NCBI GenBank assembly: GCA_963713825.1
Contig: CAVQNG010000003.1
Coordinates: forward strand, 1,056,001 to 1,120,000
Source of the DNA: an uncultured Acidobacteriota bacterium
Lineage (GTDB): Bacteria > Acidobacteriota > Thermoanaerobaculia > Multivoradales > JAHEKO01
Direction of reading: 5' to 3'
Length of the DNA: 64,000 bases
Shown here: positions 8,784 through 18,402 of the stretch, in pieces
How positions within the stretch are numbered: position 1 is the stretch's first letter
Layout of the letters: each line of letters opens with the position of its first letter
The notes under the pieces: model-generated
What the model saw: the letters and a program-made list of their open reading frames with translations, nothing else
Told to the model about the DNA's origin: nothing
The model's database searches: none
Made by a program: the position numbers and the translations under genes

Positions 8784-10082
8784 TGTAGGACCTCAAGACA
8801 TGGTTGACAGTTCGACCTCAGGACATCGCTGACACCTTGGGGGTGCGGACAGGGCGGACCACCGCGGTGGTCCGCCCTGTCTCGAGGTCGATCTCACGCA
8901 CGTGCATATGGCGGTAGCTGACCAGGATCTTCTCCTCAAACCTCTCCAATCGTACTCGTTTCCCGTCGAGGGAGTGACAGACAAAATAGTAGCGTTGCCG
9001 CTCATACAAGCAGCCATTGCTGCTGAGCTGGCGCACCTCCGAGCCGGGAGGGTACTCCCACTCCGGCGGCTGCGACTGGTAGCGCTTGCGACTCGGACGA
9101 TAGCGGTGCGCCGGTGGAGTATCGGCCAGGGCCTCGTGGGGGCGGATCTGGTTGTAGACCTGCCGAAACGTGTCCAGCGCCGTCTGAAAGCCCTCGAGGC
9201 TCTGGGGCTGCGCCCTGAGGCGTATCGACTCGTTTAAGGTCCGGTGAAAGCGCTCCACTTTGCCCTGGGTCTGAGGGTGCCCGATCCCACCGTAGATCAG
9301 GTCAATGCCCTGACGGATCAGAAACACACTCAAGCGCGTCAGGCCGTGTCCGTTCGTCGTGGCCCACCACGGATTGCCATGATCCATCAGCATCGCTCTG
9401 GGTACCCCGTAGTGCTCAAAGCAAGCAATCAAACGACGCTTGACCTCATGGCCATGTTGAGAGGGCAAGGCGTCGAGGCTCAAGGCATAGCGGCTGTGAT
9501 CATCCAAAACCGACAGTGGATAGCACATGGCCCCACCGTGGAGCCGATAAGGACCCTTGAAGTCCATCTGGACGAGCTCCATCGGTCGGGAGCGTTCAAA
9601 TCGGCGCAGTGCCGGCCGGTGGCGCTCGCCCGCGCGCACCAGACCCCGTCGCTTGAGGATTCGATCCACCGTCGAGCGGGGTAGCTCAATACCCTCGGCG
9701 GCCAGCAAGAGACTCAGCTTGCGCCCGGCCCAGCCATGCAGTCGACGCAGCGCGACGACACGCTGCTCGACCTCAAAGGGCGTCTGATTCGGGCTTCGGT
9801 GCGGTCGGCGCGAGTGCTCGGCGAGCTCAGCCAGGCTCCCGACCTGCTCGGAGCGACGCAACCACTTGTAGCCGGTCTGACGAGAGATCCCAAACTCCCG
9901 GCATAACGCCGCCATCTCGCACCCAGGCTGCCGGGCCCGCACCACAAACGAGATCCGCTCACTCATCACATCGCTCTCCTTCCAGGGCATCTCAGACCTC
10001 CTTTAAGCCAAGGCCTGGAATTGTCCCAAAGTGTCAGCGATGTCCTGAGGTCAATGTGTCAGCGATGTCCCGGGGTTGTACA
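8784..10082 (-). mobile_element. Complete IS481-family insertion sequence
   Basis: TGT..ACA termini; 26-bp imperfect IRs TGTAGGACCTCAAGACATGGTTGACA and TGTACAACCCCGGGACATCGCTGACA; subterminal GACCTCAGGACATCGCTGACAC repeats; 7-bp target duplication ACCTGTG at 8777-8783 and 10083-10089. Confidence 0.92.
8818..9990 (-). CDS. IS481-family DDE transposase
   Basis: MPWKE start, HTH (LCREFGISRQTGYKW), integrase core QMDFKG, LDDHSR, MDHG, PQTQGKVERFHRTL, RPHEAL. Confidence 0.95.
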   Translation of the reverse strand: MPWKESDVMSERISFVVRARQPGCEMAALCREFGISRQTGYKWLRRSEQVGSLAELAEHSRRPHRSPNQTPFEVEQRVVALRRLHGWAGRKLSLLLAAEGIELPRSTVDRILKRRGLVRAGERHRPALRRFERSRPMELVQMDFKGPYRLHGGAMCYPLSVLDDHSRYALSLDALPSQHGHEVKRRLIACFEHYGVPRAMLMDHGNPWWATTNGHGLTRLSVFLIRQGIDLIYGGIGHPQTQGKVERFHRTLNESIRLRAQPQSLEGFQTALDTFRQVYNQIRPHEALADTPPAHRYRPSRKRYQSQPPEWEYPPGSEVRQLSSNGCLYERQRYYFVCHSLDGKRVRLERFEEKILVSYRHMHVREIDLETGRTTAVVRPVRTPKVSAMS

Positions 10083-10303
10083 ACCTGTGCCGGCCGGGGT
10101 GGGTGGAGGACGTTGAAGAGGCCATCACTCTGGTCAACCAATGTGGCCGGCTTTCGAGCCGGCCGTTCTGTGTCAGGAGGCCTCCAGGCGATTACAATGT
10201 GCAGCACCAGTCGGGCGCTCCCGTAGGCGAGCCCGGATTTGAAGAGCCGAAGCTCGGTGCGGGTGGCTACTGTGTGCGCGTTGCCGCGTCGAGGAGAGAT
10301 GTC

Positions 10304-11791
10304 ATGATGCGAAAGCTCACCCTACCCAACGCACTCCTATTCCTTTTCCTGCTGCTTGCCGGTCCGGTGGTCTCCTGGGCCCAAGAGGAGCAGGTCTCTA
10401 TGGAAGATCTGCGGAAGATGCTCCAGGACCAGAAGGACATGCTGGAGCAGCAGCAGAAGCTCATCGAGCAGCAGGGAGAGCAGCTTTCTGAGACTCAAAA
10501 GGCGATGGCGACGCTGCAAACACAGATCGATCAATTGAAGGCGGACACGGGTCAGCCGAAGGACAAATCGGAAGAGACGATCGCCCTTCGGGAGCAACAG
10601 TCGCAGACCGCAGGCGAGCTACAGAGCAGGAAGGATACGCCCGAGAAGGAGAAGGCGGCGGGCGAGTTTCCGGGCTCGTTCCCGATTCCCGGCACCAATA
10701 TGTCGGCCAAGATCGGGGGCTATGTGCGACTCGGGCTGGTCGACAGCCTGGATCCCATCGGCTCGGACGATCGCTTTATCGTCGGTACGATCCCAGTGGG
10801 CGAGCCAACGCCAGGCGTCGATAATGAAGGATTCACCATCTCGGCCAAGCGCTCCAGGATGAACCTGGACATGCGCATGGATTCCAGCGTCGGCACCTTC
10901 AGAGCCTTCATCGAAGGTGATTTCGCAGCAGAGCTTGGCAACACCGACACCTATCGCTTGCGCCATGCCTTCGGGCAGTACAAGAGCATCATTCTCGGGC
11001 AGACCTGGTCCACCTTCATGGACACGGGGGCTACCCCCGAGGAGCTCGATTTCGAAGGATTGAACGCCAACATCAACGATCGGCAGCCGATCCTGCGCTA
11101 CACCAGGAACCTCGGCCCGTCTCGGAGCTTCGCTGTCTCCCTCGAGGATCCAGCTGCTGAGATCACGGGTGGCGATGGCAAGGGTAAGTTTGCCGACCTT
11201 GCCGCTCGGATCAATTCCCCAAGAGAGTGGGGCCATCTGCAGACGGCTGTTCTTCTGCGAAATATTTCGGGGGCCCCCACTGACGATCCGACGAGTGTCA
11301 AGTCGACGTTCGGATGGGGCCTCAGTTTCAGTGGGAGCAATCGATTCAGGAAGTGGAGCCAAAAGGACAATTTCAAATACCAGTTCAATTTCGGTCGGGG
11401 TATTGGACGGTATATCAACGACCTGGATTCGGTGGGAGGATCGGATGCGGTTTTCGATTCGGAAGGGAATCTGAAGGTGCTGCCAGCACTGGGCGCCTAC
11501 GTCGCGTACCAGCATTACTGGAAGAGGGATCCAACCGCTTTCTTCGGCAGCTCCGGCCTTCTCAGGGACCTTCGGTCGACCGTGGTGTTTGGCTACACAC
11601 AGGTCGACAACTACGACTTTCAGGAGGACGATGCCTATCGCCGGACCAAGAGGATCACCCTGAATCTGCTCTGGTCACCGATCACCTCCATCGACCTCGG
11701 CTTCGAGCTCCTATGGGGCGAGCGAATGAACAAGGACGGGGAAAGAGGCAACGCGAGCCAGTTCCAGCTGGTGGGGACGTTCTTCTTCTAG
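10304..11791 (+). CDS. DcaP-family trimeric outer-membrane porin with N-terminal coiled coil
   Basis: Signal peptide, Q/E-rich coiled coil, FPGSFPIPGT..KIGGYV, RLRHAFG, GQTWSTFMD, terminal Phe. Confidence 0.85.
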   Translation: MMRKLTLPNALLFLFLLLAGPVVSWAQEEQVSMEDLRKMLQDQKDMLEQQQKLIEQQGEQLSETQKAMATLQTQIDQLKADTGQPKDKSEETIALREQQSQTAGELQSRKDTPEKEKAAGEFPGSFPIPGTNMSAKIGGYVRLGLVDSLDPIGSDDRFIVGTIPVGEPTPGVDNEGFTISAKRSRMNLDMRMDSSVGTFRAFIEGDFAAELGNTDTYRLRHAFGQYKSIILGQTWSTFMDTGATPEELDFEGLNANINDRQPILRYTRNLGPSRSFAVSLEDPAAEITGGDGKGKFADLAARINSPREWGHLQTAVLLRNISGAPTDDPTSVKSTFGWGLSFSGSNRFRKWSQKDNFKYQFNFGRGIGRYINDLDSVGGSDAVFDSEGNLKVLPALGAYVAYQHYWKRDPTAFFGSSGLLRDLRSTVVFGYTQVDNYDFQEDDAYRRTKRITLNLLWSPITSIDLGFELLWGERMNKDGERGNASQFQLVGTFFF

Positions 11792-11811
11792 GGTTTCGTG
11801 GGAAACTCCTG

Positions 11812-13592
11812 GTGACCTCTCGCCCCTTGCGCCCTCACTGCCTCTAGGCTTGGCCTCACTGCCTCACTGCCCTGCTGGCATTGCTGCTCTTCGTATCGCC
11901 TGCTCAGCCCCGACGCCATCATCATCACCAAGGCGATGACGGCTTCGACGATCGCAGAGGTCTTTGTCGAAGAGGGGAGGATCCTCGTCGAGATCGAAAT
12001 CGGGGGGCAGGATCTGGAGGGTTTCCGCAACCTGATGCCGGACGCGGTCTACCGGAGAATGGGACACGAGTCCCGGCCTGGGGCCGGAGCGGCTCGCGGA
12101 GTTCTTTCAGCCAGGACCTGGTGATTCGCGCCGATGGGGGCTCGCCCTTGAGCGGCCGTCTGGTTTCGATCGAGCCCCGAGAACGGGTGCCGCGGGACGA
12201 GATCACGGGTGATCCGCTCCCCGTCCCAGAGGGAGAAGGCGAGCCGGTGGTCTTCGCGGTTCTGGAGTACCCGCTGTCGCGACGGCCCGAGGAAATGTCA
12301 ATCTGCGCCACCGACCGGTGAAGGAGGCGTCAGCCAGGCGAGCATCGGCTTCATGACCTACCACCACGAGATTCCGGTCAACGACTTTCGATATCTCAGC
12401 ACCGAAGAGGTCCTGGATCTGGACTGGTCGGATCCCTGGTATTCGGCGTTCCGAAATCGGAATCTGCGACGGCAGTACGACGCACCAATGAACGCCTTCC
12501 TATACGTCGAGCCCTACGAGGTGCGTACCGAGATCATCGCCCGCCCGTTGGATCTCCAGCGCTGGGTGGACCTGGGTCTTGAGGGTCTCGAGACGATTCC
12601 GGTCGAGATGCAGTACGAATTGAATCAGAAGGTGGCCGCATTTCTTGGCCGAGCACCAGAACCTGACCATCGACGGACAGCCCGTCCGGCCAGAGCTCGA
12701 CCGGGTGAACTTTCTGCGCCGAACGCTCCGCACCAGTCGGTGATCGACCCTCCCGAGGAGCTGGACATCTACTCGGCCACCCTCGGAGTGATCTTCGTCC
12801 ATCCCACCGAAGGTCTGCCACAGGAGGCCAGCCTGACCTGGGACCTGTTCGACGAGAGAATCCAGCGGGTGCCCGGTGCGGCCACCGACGAGGCGGGGCC
12901 GCTGCGGTTCTTCCTGGTACCGGACGACAATATCCTGTGGTGGAAGAATTTCCTCAAAAACCCGACCATTCCGACCCTGGTCGAGCTGGCTCCGCCACCG
13001 AGCCTCGGGTTGCGGGTCCTGGGCTGGTCGAGCTGGCTGATATTGGTGCTGTTTCTCGGAACGATCGTGATGATGGTCCGGACTTTCGTCCGCGAGCGGA
13101 CCGTCCCTCGAAGGGCAATTACCGTTTCAATCCTGCTGCTTCTGGCAGCAGGAGCCGCTTTTGCGGCAACCCTGCCCAGCCGCATGACCGATGAAAAAGC
13201 CGAAGGGATGGTGGCCGGCCTGCTCCACAACATCTACCGCGCCTTCGACTTCCGCGGCGAGGAGGCGATCTACGATGTTCCTCGATCGCAGCGTCAGCGG
13301 GGAGCTCCTGACCGAGATCTATCTCGAGACCCGGCGCGGGCTGGAGCTGGCCAGTCAGGGCGGAGCTCGAGCGAAGGTCAAGGACATCGAGCTGCTCGAG
13401 GTCGAGTCCCGGCCACTCGAGGGAAGGCAGGGCATCGCCGCCCACACGCAAATGGAACGTCTCCGGATCCGTGGGCCACTGGGGTCACGTCCACACGCGG
13501 ATCAACCAGTACGAGGCCGACTTGACCATAGAGCCTGTCGATGGCCTCTGGAAGTTGACGGGCCTCACCATCCTGCAGGAAGAGCGACTCTA
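11812..13592 (+). pseudogene. Conserved exported/membrane hypothetical protein broken by about 7 single-base frameshifts (probably sequencing error)
   Basis: Fragments in all three frames join into one coherent protein (DAIIITKAMTASTIAE...PVNDFRYL...YVEPYEVRTEII...LLHNIYRAFDFRGEEAIYD.LDRSVSGELL...WNVSGSVGHWGHVHTRINQY..LQEERL*). The start is approximate. Confidence 0.7.
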
Positions 13593-13617
13593 GAAAGAGC
13601 CTTGCGCCCTCCCGTGG

Positions 13618-14604
13618 TCACCGAGGATGCTTCAGAGTCTCTGACGGCAGCTCTCCGAAAGTCTCTCGGTACGCCCCGGCAAAGCGCCCGAGGTGGTAGA
13701 AGCCGTACTGCAGAGCCACTACAGTAACGGTTGTCTGGTCGCGTTCCGCAGACATGAGCTCACGGCGGGCCGCCTCGAGCCGACAGTGCTTCAGATATTG
13801 CATGGGCGGCATGCCATAGCGCTTGCGGAACTCCCTCAGGAGAGTGCTTGCGCTGGTGCCGGTAATCTCGATGAGCTTGTCGAGGGCGAAGGGCTCGGCC
13901 AGGTGAGCTCGGATGTACTCCTCCGCTCTTTCAAGACCCGCCTTCGAGAGCCCCCGATCGCGGTTGGTCCTGGATTGTTGAGACCCGGCTTCGGAAGCGA
14001 GGATCAGCAGGGTTGCGCAGGTGTGCTCGATCTCGCGAGTCGCGGTCACAGAGCGAGTGAAGAGCCCTCCCCGGCAGATCTCGGTCCAAACGAAGTCGAG
14101 AAAATGGCGAAAGCTCTGGCCGGCCGATGATTGCAAGTCGAGCCGCCAGTCGCCGAGCAGATCGCTGTAGTGCTCGTGGTCTGTCAGCCGCAATGCAGCG
14201 TGATCGATCCAGCCGCCATCGAAGGTCGCGACGAAAAGGCCGGACGGGGGACCGACACGCAGGTCGAGCTCGCTGTTCGTGTGCAGCACTTGGGCCGAGC
14301 CCGGATGGAAGGTCTCGCCACGGCTCCCGCGGTAGAACCGAAGGGGTTTACTCGCGGGCACGGTGATCGCCGTGTATGGGGCGGGAACACGCTCGACGTG
14401 GGCGTCCTGGATGCGCACTGTGAACATCCCCACCTTTAGCAGGGGAGCCGCATAGACCTCGGCCCGAAAGCCCCCTCCCTCTCCCTGTTTTGTCGAGACA
14501 CCGGAAGCCACCGATCGCAAGCCCTCCGAGAAATCGTCGGGGTTCGTTGCTACCGAGTGCTCCACGCGAAGCGCGGTCTCGCCGGGTGGGCCAGTCGATG
14601 CCAT
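13618..14604 (-). CDS. AraC-family transcriptional regulator (EutR-like C-terminus)
   Basis: AEEYIRAHL..., PMQYLKHCRLEAARREL, VALQYGFYHLGRFAGAYRETFGELPSETL; start uncertain. Confidence 0.9.
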   Translation of the reverse strand: MASTGPPGETALRVEHSVATNPDDFSEGLRSVASGVSTKQGEGGGFRAEVYAAPLLKVGMFTVRIQDAHVERVPAPYTAITVPASKPLRFYRGSRGETFHPGSAQVLHTNSELDLRVGPPSGLFVATFDGGWIDHAALRLTDHEHYSDLLGDWRLDLQSSAGQSFRHFLDFVWTEICRGGLFTRSVTATREIEHTCATLLILASEAGSQQSRTNRDRGLSKAGLERAEEYIRAHLAEPFALDKLIEITGTSASTLLREFRKRYGMPPMQYLKHCRLEAARRELMSAERDQTTVTVVALQYGFYHLGRFAGAYRETFGELPSETLKHPR

Positions 14605-14846
14605 GACCTGTTTGAGTCCTGTCTTTCGCCTGTTGACGATTCTCGGATAAGGCGCTGTTTCGAGGATAGCAGGACCAGGGAATCTCTCGTAGGGTTTGTT
14701 ATCCTCGATAGCTGCCAACCAGGTAAGCCTCGCTTGTGGACCCGGAGAATGTCCAACAGATGCGCCATGCAGAGATCTATGAACCTCTGGCGCAGAGAAT
14801 CCGATCGAATTTCGTGAGGAGAACTTCTCATTCGAAGGAGGAATCA

Positions 14847-16100
14847 ATGAAGCCAAAACGCCAACTTGCCCTTCTCACCCTAGTCCTCATTGCCTTTTTC
14901 GCCGGTTGGGTAGCCCATCAGGTGAACCTCATCGGGAAGAGCGAGGCCGCGGAAGAGCCGATGATGGTCTCGCCGACAGCGGCGTTGGACGACCGGGATG
15001 TCTACTATCCCGGTTCCGAGGACCTGGCGCCTGACGAGATGCGGATCATCGCCTGTGGCACCGGCATGCCGAACGCCCGCCCGAAGCAGGCGGCAGCGTG
15101 TTGGATCGTCGAGCTCGGCAATGGTGACAAGTTCATCTTCGACATCGGTTTGGGCTCGGCCGAGCGCATCGCCGCCATGAAGATCCCTTACGATTTCTTG
15201 GACAAGCTGTTCATCGGTCACTTACATGCCGATCACATCGGCGATCTCGATGCCCTGTGGATTGGTGGAGTGATCTCCAACCGTCAACGACCGTTGCGGG
15301 TCTGGGGCCCCTCTGGCTCGGACAAGACCCTCGGTACGAAGAACATGGTGGACCGCATGAAGGAGATGTACGCCTGGGACATGGCGTCGAGGCAAGGCAA
15401 CGTCAATACCAAGGGACTCGCGATCGAGGTGAACGAGTTCGACTACAAGGCCGTCAATGAGGTCATCTATCAGGAGAATGGGGTCACCATCACCTCCCTT
15501 CCGGCGATCCATGCCGTCGACGGCTCGGTCAGCTTCGTCCTGACCTGGAACGGTCTCAAGTTTGCCTTCTCCAGCGACACCTACCCGAACAAGTGGTGGA
15601 TGGAGCACACGAAAGACTCGGATCTGGCGATCCATGAGTGTTTCGCCCCGCCGTCGATCATGGTCAACAAGCAACGATTCGCCGTGCTCGACGCGTTGAA
15701 TGTAGCCACCCAGGTACATACCTCACCCGCCATGTTCGGCAAGGTGATGAGCCAGATCCAACCTCGAATGGCCGTTGGCTACCATGTCTTCAACGACTTC
15801 GACACCAAGCCGCAGATCGAAAAGGAGGTCCGATCCACCTACGACGGCCCGTTCGAGCTGGCAGTCGACTACATGGTGTTCAACGTGACCAAGAAGGACA
15901 TCCGCGTCCGCATGGCCGCCTACGACGAGGACATCTGGCCGCTGCCGTCAGTCACGAAGAAGGAGTCCGCGGATCCGAAGGACAGGGTTGGGTTCTCTGA
16001 CTACATCACGGGCGGGCGAGTGGTATACAAGGACGTGATCGACGACTACTACAAGGAAACGAACGAGATGTTCGGCACGGACTACAAAGCTCCGCAGTAG
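14847..16100 (+). CDS. Exported MBL-fold metallo-hydrolase, RNase Z/AtsA-ElaC (GntH-like) type
   Basis: GGAGGA RBS; N-terminal signal/anchor; CGTGMP, FDIG, HLHADH (HxHxDH), SSDT, HEC, HT. Confidence 0.85.
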   Translation: MKPKRQLALLTLVLIAFFAGWVAHQVNLIGKSEAAEEPMMVSPTAALDDRDVYYPGSEDLAPDEMRIIACGTGMPNARPKQAAACWIVELGNGDKFIFDIGLGSAERIAAMKIPYDFLDKLFIGHLHADHIGDLDALWIGGVISNRQRPLRVWGPSGSDKTLGTKNMVDRMKEMYAWDMASRQGNVNTKGLAIEVNEFDYKAVNEVIYQENGVTITSLPAIHAVDGSVSFVLTWNGLKFAFSSDTYPNKWWMEHTKDSDLAIHECFAPPSIMVNKQRFAVLDALNVATQVHTSPAMFGKVMSQIQPRMAVGYHVFNDFDTKPQIEKEVRSTYDGPFELAVDYMVFNVTKKDIRVRMAAYDEDIWPLPSVTKKESADPKDRVGFSDYITGGRVVYKDVIDDYYKETNEMFGTDYKAPQ

Positions 16101-16146
16101 GATTGAGAGGTCGAGAAGCAACGACCTCTACAAGCGAGGAGGGCAG

Positions 16147-16908
16147 ATGATGCAAGCAGCGAGAAGAGTAGCTTCCGGTTTCCTCTGGATTCTGGTGGTG
16201 CTCTCGAGTTCGAGTCCCCCGGCTACAGCGCAGGCGGAGTCCCCTGATCCGGCGACTCTGCTCGAGGAGATGTCCTCCTACTTGAAATCGCTCGAGGCTT
16301 TCGAGCTCCGAGCGAATGTGACCTTCGACGACGTGCCATTGCCCGACACCAAGGTGCAGTACAGCGGTTCGATGGCGGTTCAACTACGTCGACCGGATCG
16401 GCTGCGCATGACCTACCAGGACGATCTGACCGCCAGGGAGCTGTGGCTGGATGGATCGATGGTGACGATATTGGGCTCGGCCGAGAATCTCTGGGCAGCG
16501 ACCACGGCAGAATCGACGATCGACGAGACCCTGAGGATGTTGGCCACCGACTATGGTCTGTCTCTCCCCCTCGAGGATCTCTTCTCCTCCGATCCGCACT
16601 CGGTGCTGATGGGGAATGTGAAGGCCGACCGCTACATGGGGCTCCACGACGTGAACGGGGTGGCCTGCCACCACCTGATCTTCGGTCAGGAGAACGTCAA
16701 CTGGCAGGTATGGATCGAGGCCGGACCGAAGCCTCTGGTCAGGAAGGTGGTCATCACCTACAAGACCCTGCCGATGGCACCTCAGTTCGCTGTCGAAGTC
16801 ACTGGATGGAGCTTGAATCCAACACTGCCGGATTCTCGCTTTCAACCACAGATCCCCGACGATGCCATCGAGATCGACTTTCTCGCCGTTGAGGAGGCCC
16901 GGCCATGA
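16147..16908 (+). CDS. DUF2092 (LolA-like) exported protein
   Basis: LEEMSSYLKSL..F, RRPDRLR, CHHLIF.Q..NWQVWIEAG.KPL..K.VITYK, FQPQIP. Confidence 0.85.
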   Translation: MMQAARRVASGFLWILVVLSSSSPPATAQAESPDPATLLEEMSSYLKSLEAFELRANVTFDDVPLPDTKVQYSGSMAVQLRRPDRLRMTYQDDLTARELWLDGSMVTILGSAENLWAATTAESTIDETLRMLATDYGLSLPLEDLFSSDPHSVLMGNVKADRYMGLHDVNGVACHHLIFGQENVNWQVWIEAGPKPLVRKVVITYKTLPMAPQFAVEVTGWSLNPTLPDSRFQPQIPDDAIEIDFLAVEEARP

Positions 16909-17645
16909 AGAACTCCCGATTTCTCCTGATTGCAGTCTCCGTCATGACTGGCGTCCTTCTGATGAGCGGTGATGTGGCACAGGCTGGGGCCGGAGGCGGT
17001 GGTGGTGCCTTCGGCGGTGGTGGCTTCCATGGTGGCAGCATCAACAACCCCGGACCGGTGACCGGTGGCTACGGCGTCCCTTACGGCTACTACCCTGGTG
17101 GCTACCTCAACTATGGCGGCGTCACCAACCCTACGCCTGAAACTTCAAACCCCCTCGGCAGTGGGGGAGGCGACACCTACCAGGTCTATGGCCCGCGCGA
17201 GCCCGGGGCAAAGACTGACCCGCCCCCTCAACTCGAACCCCGGGGCACAGTCGCTCCCGATGATGCTCTCGATCAGGGTGGCCCCGGGGATCCACTCACT
17301 GGCCATCTGAATGACGATTGGTGGGAGTTCGGTGGGACCGCAGCGACCGCGGCTCCGGGAATTGCTGCTGGCACCACCGTCGCTCGCTTGCCGGTAGGCT
17401 GCGAGCAAGGGCAGGTCGCGAGTCAGCGGTTCTGCTATTGGGAGGGGGTCTTCTACGCTGCGGCAGCCTCGGGTTATGAGGTCATCGCACCCCCGACAGG
17501 CGCCGCTGTGTCGACCATCCCTGGCAGGGCCGAGCTCGAAACCGTCAACAAGCAGCAGTACTTCGACCTCGACGGTGTCTACTATCAGGCGTTCTACAGT
17601 GGCAGCGGCCTGGTCTACAAGGTGGTCGAGGATCCGCATGCCTAG
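16905..17645 (+). CDS. Gly/Pro-rich exported protein, DUF6515-like C-terminus
   Basis: Signal peptide, GG-rich linker, repeated V..LP.G...Y..GV.Y...Y.V..PP units; ATGA overlap with the DUF2092 gene. Confidence 0.65.
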   Translation: MKNSRFLLIAVSVMTGVLLMSGDVAQAGAGGGGGAFGGGGFHGGSINNPGPVTGGYGVPYGYYPGGYLNYGGVTNPTPETSNPLGSGGGDTYQVYGPREPGAKTDPPPQLEPRGTVAPDDALDQGGPGDPLTGHLNDDWWEFGGTAATAAPGIAAGTTVARLPVGCEQGQVASQRFCYWEGVFYAAAASGYEVIAPPTGAAVSTIPGRAELETVNKQQYFDLDGVYYQAFYSGSGLVYKVVEDPHA

Positions 17646-17681
17646 GATCGGTGTTCGAATTTCATTGCAGAGGAGGCAACC

Positions 17682-18272
17682 ATGAGGAAGAGTTCATAGC
17701 TGTTGTCAGTGTTATCGCAGTGTTGGTCTTGGCGCTAGGTGCGATGCCGGCCGCCGCCAAGAAGAAGCGACAATCATAGAGAGCTTCGAGGCCAATGCGA
17801 TCATGCAGACCGCCGGCGCGGGATCGATGGCGACAATCAACATCTACCGCTGGTCGAGCGATGCCGAGCGGGACGAACTTCTCGGGGTCATCAAGAGCGC
17901 GACCGCAGGCGACCGTGAAGTTGCCCAGGCCTTGCGTGGTCAGGAGAAGGCGGGGTATGCCTTCATGTCGGGTAGACAGGGCTATCCTCTGCGCTATGCG
18001 CGCGAGTTCAAGACGGAGGATGGCAGGCGGCAAGATCATCCTGGCCACCGATCGCCCTGTCATCGTTCCAGGAGGGCTATACAGGACAGCATGGCGGGTG
18101 ATTTCGACGTCACCATCATCATCCTGACACGTGGATGAGAACGGCAAGGGCGACGGCATTCTCTCGTATGGTACCGAGGTCAAGTGGGACGACAAGACCG
18201 GCAAGATCGAGCCGACGAACATGTCTTCGCAGCCGATCAAGCTGACCAACGTTCGACCGAGAAAAGAAGTAG
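17682..18272 (+). pseudogene. Exported hypothetical protein (paralog of 22498-23124), frameshifted several times
   Basis: GGAGG RBS + ATG 17682; fragments IESFEANA..INIYRWSSDAER..GYPLRYAREF..IILATDRPV..DFDVTII..SSQPIKLTNVRP match the intact paralog. Confidence 0.75.
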
Positions 18273-18296
18273 ACTGTCTTCAGGCCTACGCTTGTG

Positions 18297-18336
18297 ACCC
18301 CCGACCTGGCTTCCGCCGGGTCGGGGGTTTTGTGTT
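18297..18336 (+). terminator. Rho-independent terminator
   Basis: ACCCCCGACCTGGC-TTCC-GCCGGGTCGGGGGT followed by TTTGTGTT. Confidence 0.8.
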
Positions 18337-18402
18337 CCCAGCTCGGTCATGCGACCAGCTGGCCCCTCGACACGAACGATGAGCTTCTTCTAAGGTGAGC
18401 CG

